DNA of 32,000 nucleotides from Candidatus Harpocratesius repetitus (GTDB lineage Archaea > Asgardarchaeota > Lokiarchaeia > Sigyniarchaeales > Promethearchaeaceae), in contig JAIZWK010000001.1 of assembly GCA_021498095.1 (NCBI GenBank), positions 3,990,001-4,022,000 of the forward strand, given 5' to 3'. Position numbers and translations under genes: made by a program. This document shows, piece after piece, positions 8,319 to 17,171 of the stretch. Below the pieces are notes generated by a model. It did not search any database. It was not told where the DNA came from and saw nothing but the letters and a program-made list of their open reading frames with translations. The first letter of the stretch is position 1. The number at the start of each line of letters is the position of its first letter.

Positions 8319-9068
8319 ATGTTAGGAGCTGTATATGCATCTATTGAATATTTCACAGAAATACCAAAATTGATTGAGATATCAATGTTTTGGATATTAG
8401 GAATAAAAATTTACAAAGCAAAGAAAACAAAGTTGAATTTAGTATATGCCATTAGTTTTTTTGTTTGGAGTTTCTATACAATGGCCGATTTAATTATGTG
8501 GATAACAGCTGCAAATAGTGAAACTTGGTTTTTCATAGATAATAGAATTCGAGACTTACAGGTAACTTTAATTGCCGTTTTTGCATTTTTAATTTATTTT
8601 TCAACCCAAATAGTAGTTAAAGGTTATTCTGGCTTAAATTGGAAGCAAATTTATATCATTGGAACAATCTTTTTAGCTATTGCAATTACTGCAGCAATAA
8701 CAGATAAATTAATAATTAAAGACGAAGCTGGAAATGTTTTGTCACCCTCAGAATGGGATTCCGCACCATTGGTTGTAGTCTCTGCTAATATTTCTTCAAT
8801 TACAATGATTTTAATGGCAATTCCATTATTATTGTATGCTCAATCAATATGGATATTATTTAAAATGATATCTCAGAATGTAGATGATAAAAACCTAAAA
8901 ATAAGGATGTTTAATTTAATCATCGGAATCTCTTTAATTCCAACAGGTGTAGTATATTTTGCAGTAATTTTGGCAATTCCAGGATTTTATTCATTTGTTG
9001 CCGTAATTTTCGGAAGGATTTTTTGGATTTTAGCACCTGTATTTATTTGGAGAAGTCAAAAAAAATAA
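8319..9068 (+). CDS. Stand-alone ~7TM membrane protein (HisKA_7TM-like sensor module?)
   Basis: About seven hydrophobic helices with a loop between TM4 and TM5. The protein ends right after TM7 with no signalling domain. Confidence 0.7.
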   Translation: MLGAVYASIEYFTEIPKLIEISMFWILGIKIYKAKKTKLNLVYAISFFVWSFYTMADLIMWITAANSETWFFIDNRIRDLQVTLIAVFAFLIYFSTQIVVKGYSGLNWKQIYIIGTIFLAIAITAAITDKLIIKDEAGNVLSPSEWDSAPLVVVSANISSITMILMAIPLLLYAQSIWILFKMISQNVDDKNLKIRMFNLIIGISLIPTGVVYFAVILAIPGFYSFVAVIFGRIFWILAPVFIWRSQKK

Positions 9069-9196
9069 TTATGGTTGCATTTATTCGCCATTTTCATCTT
9101 AACCTAAAGCTTTTTTTCAGCGTTTTACTATAAATAATAAAGAATATAATATTATTTTGAAATTCAATTTAATAAATAAGTCGAGATGAACACACA

Positions 9197-11425
9197 ATGG
9201 GAGAATCAAATCCAAATTCTGAAAAGGAGGCATATGTAAGAATTTCTGATTCAAAACGACGAGATGCAGGTCACGGGTTTGCACGAATTGATCCTGAAGT
9301 TCAAAAGCGCTTAAATCTTCACATAGGCGATGGAATTGAATTAGAAAACACCGTTACTGGCAGAAAAACAGCCGCTTTAGTTATGAGAGGATATCCTGAA
9401 GATGCCGGAACAAATATCATCCGTATTGATGGTTCTTTACGCCGAAATTTAAAAGCATCTATAGATGAACGAGTCATAATTCGAAAAATAAAGGTTGTTC
9501 CTGCAGATCGAATTATATTTGCTCCTATTGATCGACCTGTTGGTGTTCGGAATGTGGAAGTTTTTGCTCAAATATTAGAAAATCGTGTTGTAATGGAAGG
9601 AGATATGATAAGTTTTGATATATATAGCGGATCAGTTCACTTTATGGTAAAATCCATTTCTCCAAAAGCTCGCGCAGTTCAAATTCATAGAGGGACAGAA
9701 ATTGCTATTGATCGTAAACCAATTGATTCTAAACAACTTGAACGGCGTGTTCCTAGAACTACATATGAAGATTTAGGAGGATTATCAGAAGTAATTCAAA
9801 AAGTGCGAGAAATGGTAGAACTTCCCATGCGGCATCCAGAATTGTTCAATCGTTTAGGCATTCAACCACCAAAAGGTTTACTCCTATATGGACCGCCAGG
9901 AACTGGTAAAACGTTACTAGCACGAGCAGTAGCAAATGAGACTGATGCACATTTTATTACATTATCTGGCCCAGAAATTATGTCCAAATTCTACGGTCAA
10001 TCTGAAGAAAATTTGCGCAAAGTATTTGACGAAGCTCAGAAAAATGCACCTTCGATAATTTTTATTGATGAGATTGATTCAATTGCTTCAAAACGCGAAG
10101 AAGTTCAAGGTGAAGTAGAAAGAAGAGTAGTAGCCCAACTTTTAGCTTTAATGGATGGATTAGACGCACGTGGAAATGTGGTTGTTATAGGAGCGACAAA
10201 TCGTCCAAATTCCTTAGATGAGGCATTGCGACGTCCTGGAAGATTTGATCGAGAAATTGAAATTGGAGTTCCGGATAAAGATGGAAGACTTGAAATACTC
10301 CAAATTCATACTCGAGGGATGCCTATTGAAGAAAATGTTGATTTAAAATACTTATCTGAGAAAACACATGGATTTGTTGGAGCAGATATTCAAGCACTGG
10401 CGAAAGAAGCTGGAATGATTGCTTTAAGAAGAATATTACCCCAAATTAATCTAGATGAAGAAATCATCCCTCCTGAAGTCTTGGAAAAATTACACATCAG
10501 TCAAGATGATTTCCTTACCGCACTAAATACAATTGAACCATCGGCATTGCGAGAAGTTTTAATTAGCACACCAAGTGAAACTTGGGATGATGTTGGAGGA
10601 TTAGAAGAAGCAAAAAGAGAATTACAAGAAGCTGTTGAATGGCCTTTAAGGTTCCCTAATATTTTTAATTATCTACACGCGGAAGTTCCAAAAGGAATTT
10701 TGTTATATGGATTTCCTGGAACAGGAAAAACTCTTTTAGCACGCGCCTTAGCTCATGAAAGTGAAGCCAACTTTATCTCTGTAAAAGGTCCTGAATTTAT
10801 TAGTAAATGGGTAGGCGAAAGTGAAAAAGCAGTTCGTGAAACATTTAGAAAAGCGAGAGCAGCAGCACCTTGCATAATTTTCATGGATGAAATTGATGCC
10901 ATTGCCCCAATACGCGGAAAGGGAGAAAGCAGTCAAGTCACTGAACGAATAGTCTCCCAACTTCTAACAGAAATTGATGGATTAGATCGATTAAGAGATG
11001 TTATTTTAGTGGCAGCAACTAATCGACCAGATATTCTCGATCCTGCATTAATGCGGGCGGGAAGATTCGGTAAGCAAATAGAAATTCCTTTCCCAGATAA
11101 GGAAACCCGAATAAAAATTTTTCAGATCCACACTCGTAATCTACCTTTAGACAAATCGATAAATTTGGAATCATTAGCAACTTCAATGGAAGGAAAAACA
11201 GGGGCTGATATTGAAGCTTTATGTAAATCTGCAACCCAAAATGCAATTAGAGAATATATTACAAAAGTGAATTTTCGTGATCTTAATGAAGAAGAATTAA
11301 AAATGGTTACCATTAAAACGGAACATTTTGCTGAAGCAATGAATGATGTGATGAAATCCTCAAACCGATCTGAAATAGCCTATCAAAAATTAGATGGATC
11401 TTTACCGAAAGATCTATATTCTTAG
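9197..11425 (+). CDS. cdc48: CDC48/VCP (VAT) AAA+ ATPase
   Basis: N-domain (RDAGHG.ARID, IRIDG..R.N) plus two AAA modules: GPPGTGKT / IFIDEID / RRPGRFDRE and GFPGTGKT / IFMDEID / RAGRFGK. Confidence 0.98.
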   Translation: MGESNPNSEKEAYVRISDSKRRDAGHGFARIDPEVQKRLNLHIGDGIELENTVTGRKTAALVMRGYPEDAGTNIIRIDGSLRRNLKASIDERVIIRKIKVVPADRIIFAPIDRPVGVRNVEVFAQILENRVVMEGDMISFDIYSGSVHFMVKSISPKARAVQIHRGTEIAIDRKPIDSKQLERRVPRTTYEDLGGLSEVIQKVREMVELPMRHPELFNRLGIQPPKGLLLYGPPGTGKTLLARAVANETDAHFITLSGPEIMSKFYGQSEENLRKVFDEAQKNAPSIIFIDEIDSIASKREEVQGEVERRVVAQLLALMDGLDARGNVVVIGATNRPNSLDEALRRPGRFDREIEIGVPDKDGRLEILQIHTRGMPIEENVDLKYLSEKTHGFVGADIQALAKEAGMIALRRILPQINLDEEIIPPEVLEKLHISQDDFLTALNTIEPSALREVLISTPSETWDDVGGLEEAKRELQEAVEWPLRFPNIFNYLHAEVPKGILLYGFPGTGKTLLARALAHESEANFISVKGPEFISKWVGESEKAVRETFRKARAAAPCIIFMDEIDAIAPIRGKGESSQVTERIVSQLLTEIDGLDRLRDVILVAATNRPDILDPALMRAGRFGKQIEIPFPDKETRIKIFQIHTRNLPLDKSINLESLATSMEGKTGADIEALCKSATQNAIREYITKVNFRDLNEEELKMVTIKTEHFAEAMNDVMKSSNRSEIAYQKLDGSLPKDLYS

Positions 11426-11436
11426 AATAAGTAATA

Positions 11437-11474
11437 AGGTAGAGAGAAGAAAGGTTTATTTTTTCTCTCCATCT
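11437..11474 (+). other. Intergenic hairpin between cdc48 and the regulator gene
   Basis: aggtagagagaagaaa / ggttta loop / ttttttctctccatct forms a 16-bp stem with two G-U pairs and one mismatch. Confidence 0.5.
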
Positions 11475-11520
11475 TAAATTACTAAACTTATCAACACTTA
11501 TCTATTTGGAGAGTTAAATT

Positions 11521-12453
11521 ATGTCCTCAAAAAAAGGTAATAATTCAGAAACAACTTCAAATGAGAAAAAAGCACTAGCAATTACACCAGTAAAAAATAA
11601 ACCTATGCTAATCAAGAAATCTCGTTCAAAAATGTATAGAGAAGACGGCTCTTTCAACGAGAATCTCTTTTATACATTATTAGGAAATGATATTCGACGT
11701 AAAATACTCTCCAAACTTTCAAAATTCCAACGATACGCCTCAGATCTCTCCATTGATCTAGGTGTTTCAAAACAAGCAATTAAAAAACACTTGGATAAAC
11801 TAGTAGAATTTGGTTTAGTAGAACAGGTTGGATCTTCTGATGATCAAAAGAAACAATTTTATCGCATTTCTCCCGACATTGCCTTATCTGCTCAAATTGA
11901 TCTCACCCCAAACTATTTTCATATTTCTGTGGAAAATACTCCTAAAGATTTAGCAAAAGGTATTAGTGAATTAGAACATGATCCTAAAACAGCCATAACC
12001 GCTTCTACAAAAGCACATATTGATTATGAGCAACTTAACTATGCCCTTAAGAATTTGGGAAATGAATTACATAAAATTGAGCAGGAAATTAGTGAAATTG
12101 AGAAAAAAAGAAAAGAAATCTTAATGAAAAAAACTTCAATGTTAAACCGAATCCAGCTAATTATTAACAGTGTAGTAGAAAATGATTTGGAAAAAGAACT
12201 TATTTTTTCACTTTTCTTTGATACTAAATCCACTGTTGAAGGCTTGACATTAAATGATATAATAAACGAATTATTTTTACGCAAACGGCAACGAGCAGGA
12301 GTTTCTCATGCAAAACATCTGAAAACAGATCCAAAAACATTAGAAAGAGGACAAGAACTATTGAAATTGCTGGAAATTTTGATAAATAATTTTGGATTTA
12401 TCAGATCGGAAGATATGAGACTGTTTTTTGATTTTAGTTCAAATGATTACTAA
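11521..12453 (+). CDS. ArsR-type winged-helix regulator, Phr/HSR1 heat-shock-repressor-like
   Basis: LGNDIRRKIL..L.K..RYASDLS.DLGVSKQAI.KHL..L.E.GLVE...FYRI...I.LTP..F, followed by a coiled coil (ELHKIEQEISEIEKKRKEI). It lies directly downstream of cdc48. Confidence 0.8.
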   Translation: MSSKKGNNSETTSNEKKALAITPVKNKPMLIKKSRSKMYREDGSFNENLFYTLLGNDIRRKILSKLSKFQRYASDLSIDLGVSKQAIKKHLDKLVEFGLVEQVGSSDDQKKQFYRISPDIALSAQIDLTPNYFHISVENTPKDLAKGISELEHDPKTAITASTKAHIDYEQLNYALKNLGNELHKIEQEISEIEKKRKEILMKKTSMLNRIQLIINSVVENDLEKELIFSLFFDTKSTVEGLTLNDIINELFLRKRQRAGVSHAKHLKTDPKTLERGQELLKLLEILINNFGFIRSEDMRLFFDFSSNDY

Positions 12454-12475
12454 ATAATTAATAAATTGATAACCA

Positions 12476-12500
12476 TTCTCTCCTTTTTTTCGCTCTTTTT
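12476..12500 (+). terminator. Oligo-T terminator-like tract
   Basis: TTCTCTCCTTTTTTTCGCTCTTTTT follows the stop at 12453. Confidence 0.4.
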
Positions 12501-12526
12501 ATGCATAAATAAATTTAATTAGCATA

Positions 12527-13174
12527 ATGATTGAAAATCACAAAGAAGAGCAGAAAGAAAGGAAAAAAGAAGAAGAAAATATAAAAAGAAAGACCTTCTC
12601 AAATTCAAATGTTGCCATCCTAGACATTGAAACTACAGGTCGAACTCCAAGTTCCGGAACAATTGTAGAAATCGGAATTTGTCTGTTAAATTTACATGAT
12701 GGTAGCATTTCTAAATTATTTGATCAAGTACTCCACGAGAATAATCTCTATACCCAATTTGAAGCTGCAAATCTTTCTTCAAGTTGGATTTTTCAAAATT
12801 CAAATTTAACTTTAGCTGAAGTGAAGAATTCACCTTTACTGGAATCATACCAAGAAGAATTACAAAGAATTTTTTCAACATATCCAATAACAGCATATAA
12901 CAAAGCATTTGATTTGGGTTTCTTAAAAGCACGTGGTTTTTCATTCCCACGCGAAGGTCCCTGCCCTATGATTGTCTCAACCCCAATTTTGAAGATTTCT
13001 AAGAGATATGGCCGCTATGGCCGAAATGATTATAAATGGCCGACAGTTGAAGAAGCATGGGAATTCTTTTATCCAGAGCATGCATATTGGGAAGCACACC
13101 GTGCTTATGATGACGCAATGCATGAAGCGAAAATTGTTTACGCACTTTACGAACGTGGAAAATGGAGATTATAA
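12527..13174 (+). CDS. DEDDh 3'-5' exonuclease (DnaQ-like)
   Basis: Exo I LDIETTG, Exo II AYNKAFD and Exo III HRAYDDA motifs. Confidence 0.92.
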   Translation: MIENHKEEQKERKKEEENIKRKTFSNSNVAILDIETTGRTPSSGTIVEIGICLLNLHDGSISKLFDQVLHENNLYTQFEAANLSSSWIFQNSNLTLAEVKNSPLLESYQEELQRIFSTYPITAYNKAFDLGFLKARGFSFPREGPCPMIVSTPILKISKRYGRYGRNDYKWPTVEEAWEFFYPEHAYWEAHRAYDDAMHEAKIVYALYERGKWRL

Positions 13175-13246
13175 AAATATATAAAATTGTAAGGAAAAAA
13201 TAAATAAATTTGTGAGAAAAAAAATAAAAAAATGGTAAGAAAAAAA

Positions 13247-14236
13247 TTAAGAATATAAATCAACGTCAATTTCAATAGAGCCAACTGAAGTGGTTGCATA
13301 TATCCACGTAACCGGCAAAGAAAGATCATCGAATCCAATAGTTTTATAATGGTTCTCTTCGAAATTCTTCCCTGAAGTCAAATAAATATCTGTTGATCCA
13401 GTGGATGTTTCTCCAATTATATCATATCTCGTAATTTTTGGTAAACTTTCGATACTGATATCAATACTACCTGTTTCTGTAACACATACTAAGTCAACAT
13501 CAGAGAACATTGGTTCAGTTTGTTCCCAATCTACTTCAATACTTCCTACAGATGATTCTAATCTTATCAATGTTGAATTTAAAAAGTAGATATTATCCAA
13601 ATCAAGCATAATAGAGCCAACATCAATTTTTAATGACAAATACCCTGTGAAATTACAATCCATTATACTACAGTCATAACTTGAAGTATCGCTTGAAAGT
13701 ACAATATCTCCAAATTGCATATTACTAAAATCCATGTTGATTCCTCCTACTTTCACATTTCCTGTTATGTTATAAAGTGAAAATCCAGGAGCTAATTTGA
13801 TTCGACAATCTAAATTTGATAACTTGAATATATTAAGTTCTTCTTCAAAATTAACAATAATCGTATAGTAAAGCACACCATTTCGTGTCTCATTAAAAGC
13901 ATTTATGATAAATGGTTGTTCAGATGTATCTTCGCTTTTGAATAAATACGAATAATCCCAATCAATTTCAATTGCATTAGAACTCGATTCAGGTAAAAGT
14001 GAAAAGGAGAATTCACCAACATCTGCATACAATTCAATACTAATTTTTGTAATATTATCTGCACTCTTTGGTATTTTTTGATACCCTGTTCCTTCGTATG
14101 AAGTTAAATTAATGGGTGAATATAAGGTATAATACCAAAATGCTGTTGATCCGATTATTGCTACAATAATAAATATTGTAAAAAGTGGATTTCTTTTTTG
14201 ATTATTTTTATTTTCAACTTTCGACATAGTTTTCAA
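13247..14236 (-). CDS. Membrane-anchored beta-repeat protein (DUF4097/adhesin-like)
   Basis: One N-terminal TM helix, then repeated x-[V/T]-G-[S/E/G]-[I/F/T] units (DVGEF, KVGGI, DVGSI, SVGSI, ETGSI, STGST, SVGSI). Confidence 0.7.
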   Translation of the reverse strand: MKTMSKVENKNNQKRNPLFTIFIIVAIIGSTAFWYYTLYSPINLTSYEGTGYQKIPKSADNITKISIELYADVGEFSFSLLPESSSNAIEIDWDYSYLFKSEDTSEQPFIINAFNETRNGVLYYTIIVNFEEELNIFKLSNLDCRIKLAPGFSLYNITGNVKVGGINMDFSNMQFGDIVLSSDTSSYDCSIMDCNFTGYLSLKIDVGSIMLDLDNIYFLNSTLIRLESSVGSIEVDWEQTEPMFSDVDLVCVTETGSIDISIESLPKITRYDIIGETSTGSTDIYLTSGKNFEENHYKTIGFDDLSLPVTWIYATTSVGSIEIDVDLYS

Positions 14237-14399
14237 CCTTTGTAAGTTAAATTGAGTATGTTACTATTCAATAGAAATATAGAAAATAAAGGGTTTCAAG
14301 CATCCAATTCTTATCAAATATGATCTTCACTTAAAGAAATTTATGTTGAAAGTGAAGCTTTTTAAAGATTCAAAAATTGAATTTTAGTAAATTTATCAA

Positions 14400-14600
14400 A
14401 TGGTGTATTTTATGACAGAAATTTTGATTCAGAATGGGGGCACGCGCTTAACATGCCCAAAATGTGGAAATTATAAAAAGAACATGATTCGCGAGGTTGA
14501 TGATAGGGATCATATTATTAATGACTATCCCGTCATTTATGGTAAGAAATACATTTGTGGTGTATGCGGTTCAGAATGGAGATGGGAAAAGCAAGAATAA
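14400..14600 (+). CDS. Stand-alone C4 zinc-ribbon microprotein, paralogous to the C-terminal domain of the adjacent gelsolin (likely start ATG 14412)
   Basis: CPKCG-x25-CGVCG. It is 36/53 identical to gelsolin residues 291-343, with many synonymous differences. A GGTG SD-like sequence precedes ATG 14412. Confidence 0.85.
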   Translation: MVYFMTEILIQNGGTRLTCPKCGNYKKNMIREVDDRDHIINDYPVIYGKKYICGVCGSEWRWEKQE

Positions 14601-14749
14601 TCAAAATTTACAATTATTCAATTTAAATCTTACAATAGATTATTTAATGCAAAAAGTTTTTTGACCTTTTTCTTGAAAAATAATAAAAAAATAAACTAAC
14701 TAAATAATTTAAAGATTTTTAATGATTTTTTAAAATCTACTGTTATCTG

Positions 14750-15793
14750 TTACATCGAAGATTTGCGCCACTCAGCTCCACATTTTCCGCAAACCCATTT
14801 TTTGCCATAGATTACCGGATAGTCCATTATGATATTACTTCGATCTTCGACTTCTCGAATTAAATTACGATTTGTATTTCCGCATTTTGGACAGGTTATT
14901 CTACCATCTGTTTTTTGAATTAATACTTTTTCATTTGCTCGTGAAGATGTCGTAGAACTCTGAGTTTTAGTAGGTTTAGTTTTTCGTTCAGATTTTTCTT
15001 CTGGTGTGGGTTCTGGTTTCGATTCTGGTGCGGGTTCTGGTTTCGATTCTGGTTTTGGTTCAGATTTTGCAGAAGAATCAAATGCTTCTGGATGTAAATC
15101 GACTGTAGCGCGATCTTGTTTTGGACGATAACCTTCAAACAATTTCATAAACTCACTGTCATCTTCACCATCTATAAATAATCGAGGTCGTTGAGCACCT
15201 GCTCGATCGGCGTCGAATTCACGAGCAAACTGCATAGCTTTAACTTTTTCTTTGACATTGCTGTCCTTTCCCTGCCAGATCCAAATATCGACACCTAAAT
15301 CAGCAATAAAGCAATCTTCACTATCGAGAGAATCACGTTCAAAAGGAACTTGAGTGTATTTAATTGCATTAATTCCGTCAAATTCTTCAGAAGAAATTCT
15401 ATATAATGCATCGACATGTTCTGCTTGTCCGGCAAATTCCCCGGTACTCACGTCTTTCAGCATAGTTTTGGCTAAATTTTTATCTAAAACTTTTAAATTC
15501 TGTACCAGACGCATAAAATCAGGTGGTTCCTCACCTTCATCGATAGTAATAATCTTTGCTTGACCATTAAAGACTTCACCATCATCGATTCGTCGAGCTT
15601 CCACTGCTGCGGTACCTTTCTCATCGACACTGCATTTACTTCCCAGCCAAATGTAAATCTTTTTATTTTCATGATCTACAACTAAATAAGCATCACCAGA
15701 AGTAAAAATAGCTTTTTTCAAGGGCGTAAGATTGCCTTGATTTATTAAAAACATTTGAGTTTCCATTTTATTCATCCACGTTTTTTCGCTCAA
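14750..15793 (-). CDS. Two-domain gelsolin-like actin regulator (Asgard 2DGel type) with a P/E/K linker and a C-terminal Zn ribbon (likely start ATG 15766 or 15775)
   Basis: Two gelsolin repeats (F.SGDAYLV....IYIWLGSKCSVDEK...A; LDSEDCFIAD.G..IWIWQG.DSN.KEK..A). An LKDV motif lies between them, and the tail is CPKCG...CGKCG. Confidence 0.92.
   Translation of the reverse strand: MSEKTWMNKMETQMFLINQGNLTPLKKAIFTSGDAYLVVDHENKKIYIWLGSKCSVDEKGTAAVEARRIDDGEVFNGQAKIITIDEGEEPPDFMRLVQNLKVLDKNLAKTMLKDVSTGEFAGQAEHVDALYRISSEEFDGINAIKYTQVPFERDSLDSEDCFIADLGVDIWIWQGKDSNVKEKVKAMQFAREFDADRAGAQRPRLFIDGEDDSEFMKLFEGYRPKQDRATVDLHPEAFDSSAKSEPKPESKPEPAPESKPEPTPEEKSERKTKPTKTQSSTTSSRANEKVLIQKTDGRITCPKCGNTNRNLIREVEDRSNIIMDYPVIYGKKWVCGKCGAEWRKSSM
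14999..15061 (+). repeat. 24-bp tandem repeat (~2.6 units) in the gelsolin linker
   Basis: ttctggtgtgggttctggtttcga / ttctggtgcgggttctggtttcga / ttctggttttggttc. On the minus strand it encodes EPKPE-SKPEPAPE-SKPEPTPE. Confidence 0.9.
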
Positions 15794-16019
15794 AATTTAT
15801 AAAAGAATCAATATAAAACGATTGATTCTTTACCCTAAAAATTTTTTTGCTTCCTTAATAATAAATTATAGAATTTATAATATAACATCTCAATAACGAT
15901 TACAAATAGAAATTTTAGTGATGAATGATAATTCAAACCCTATTCTTGAAGTGATAAACTGATACATAATCAACAAGCAAATTAATCTAAATAAAAAAAA
16001 AAGGACCAATTAACATTAT

Positions 16020-16598
16020 CTATTTTTGGGATTTTTCCAAATTGAACAAGTATTTTAAACATTTTATCCGAAAATTAAACATTGGCACCTTTTTCATGTA
16101 ATTTAAATAATCATCTCCAAATTTAGCAATTGCTTCTGGTTCTTCCACGATCTTTATTAACATTAAGATAAAAAGCATCTCTAAAGGTGCAATTATAATT
16201 ATAAAAGTGGGAGATCCAATTAATAAAGCGAATGAAAATGGAAAGAAAAGCAATCCTAAATGCATAGGATGACGCATACAACCATAAATGCCATCTGTCA
16301 CCAATTTATTTGTTTCCATCCGTGGAATATCTCCTTCACGCCCAAAACGAGCCAAGAATCTCCCTGTTACTTTGCTGATACGAAAAACAGCCCACATTAA
16401 AAAAACACCTGGAATAAAAGAAAGTATATGGAATAGAATACTTTTCCACAAAAAAGGAAATAGAGATTGATCTATGATTATTCCTAAAATCGCGCCACCA
16501 AACATCATTAAAACCCAAACGGCAATTCTAATTATCATTCCACCCTTAATCTTTTTCACATCAGCGTTATTATGATTTTCTTGTTTCATTTTTATCAT
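16020..16598 (-). CDS. ICMT/PEMT-family membrane methyltransferase
   Basis: LVTDGIYGCMRHPMHLG motif, downstream EE...KFG..Y..Y...VP motif, and several TM helices. Confidence 0.88.
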   Translation of the reverse strand: MIKMKQENHNNADVKKIKGGMIIRIAVWVLMMFGGAILGIIIDQSLFPFLWKSILFHILSFIPGVFLMWAVFRISKVTGRFLARFGREGDIPRMETNKLVTDGIYGCMRHPMHLGLLFFPFSFALLIGSPTFIIIIAPLEMLFILMLIKIVEEPEAIAKFGDDYLNYMKKVPMFNFRIKCLKYLFNLEKSQK

Positions 16599-17171
16599 CT
16601 CAATAAATTATTAAAAATTGTGAAATCTCAATTAAAATAAAAAGTTTCCACACAGATCTGTCTATAATATTTGATTATTATTAAATCACGGCAACCCATG
16701 TTGTTGAAAAAAAGAAAACAGCATTTTACCAATCGTTGTTTTGCCACATCCGTCAATTCCTTCTAAGACTATGAATAATCCATGCCAAGATGATGCATTC
16801 ATTTTCATTATGTAGTAAAATACTATGCTTTAATTTTTTTAGGAACGTTCTATGAAAAATTAAAAATGAGAAGAAAGAGTTGGAAAGAATTGATGCCATT
16901 ATCGAGAGGTATGTTAGGAGGAATTCGGAAAGAATTTTGAGCAAGTTGACAAGGAATTTAGCCGCTTCTTGCTGTTAGGTGAATTTTCACTTTTTTTGCT
17001 ATTCTATGTTATAGGATGGGTGGAGATCAATAATCTATCAAATCAAAATCGTGTAATTCTTAAATAGGTAATAATCTATCAAAGCGCTCTACCCGACCCA
17101 ATTATAATAATTGGTGCCAAAAAAACGTATTTATTGCAAATTTCATACAATTCGGAAATGCTAAAAGTGAA

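Noticed and set aside
8319-9068. 7TM protein as a rhodopsin
   Set aside because: There is no Lys in the last helix and no recognisable rhodopsin motif.
9090-9120. TAAC-CTAAA-GCTT upstream of cdc48 as a Phr/HSR1 operator
   Set aside because: It is only a half match to the TAAC-N5-GTTA type consensus, lacks the flanking TTT/AAA, and no equivalent was found upstream of ths or the regulator. It needs proper motif discovery.
14750-16598. Functional link between the ICMT-like gene and gelsolin (prenyl-Cys methylation)
   Set aside because: Neither the gelsolin (ends KSSM) nor the microprotein (ends EKQE) has a CaaX motif, the genes are over 200 bp apart, and ICMT/PEMT-like proteins are widespread in prokaryotes.
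16690-16750. Possible structured ncRNA (short stems CAAC/GTTG, AAAACAGC/GTTGTTTT, GGCAA/TTGCC)
   Set aside because: The stems are short and AT-rich, match no RNA family I recognise, and cannot be supported without covariation data.
16753-16944. 63-aa minus-strand ORF and plus-strand fragments such as KIKNEKKELERIDAIIERYVRRNSE
   Set aside because: All frames are interrupted by stops and show no motif. At most this is unidentifiable pseudogene debris.
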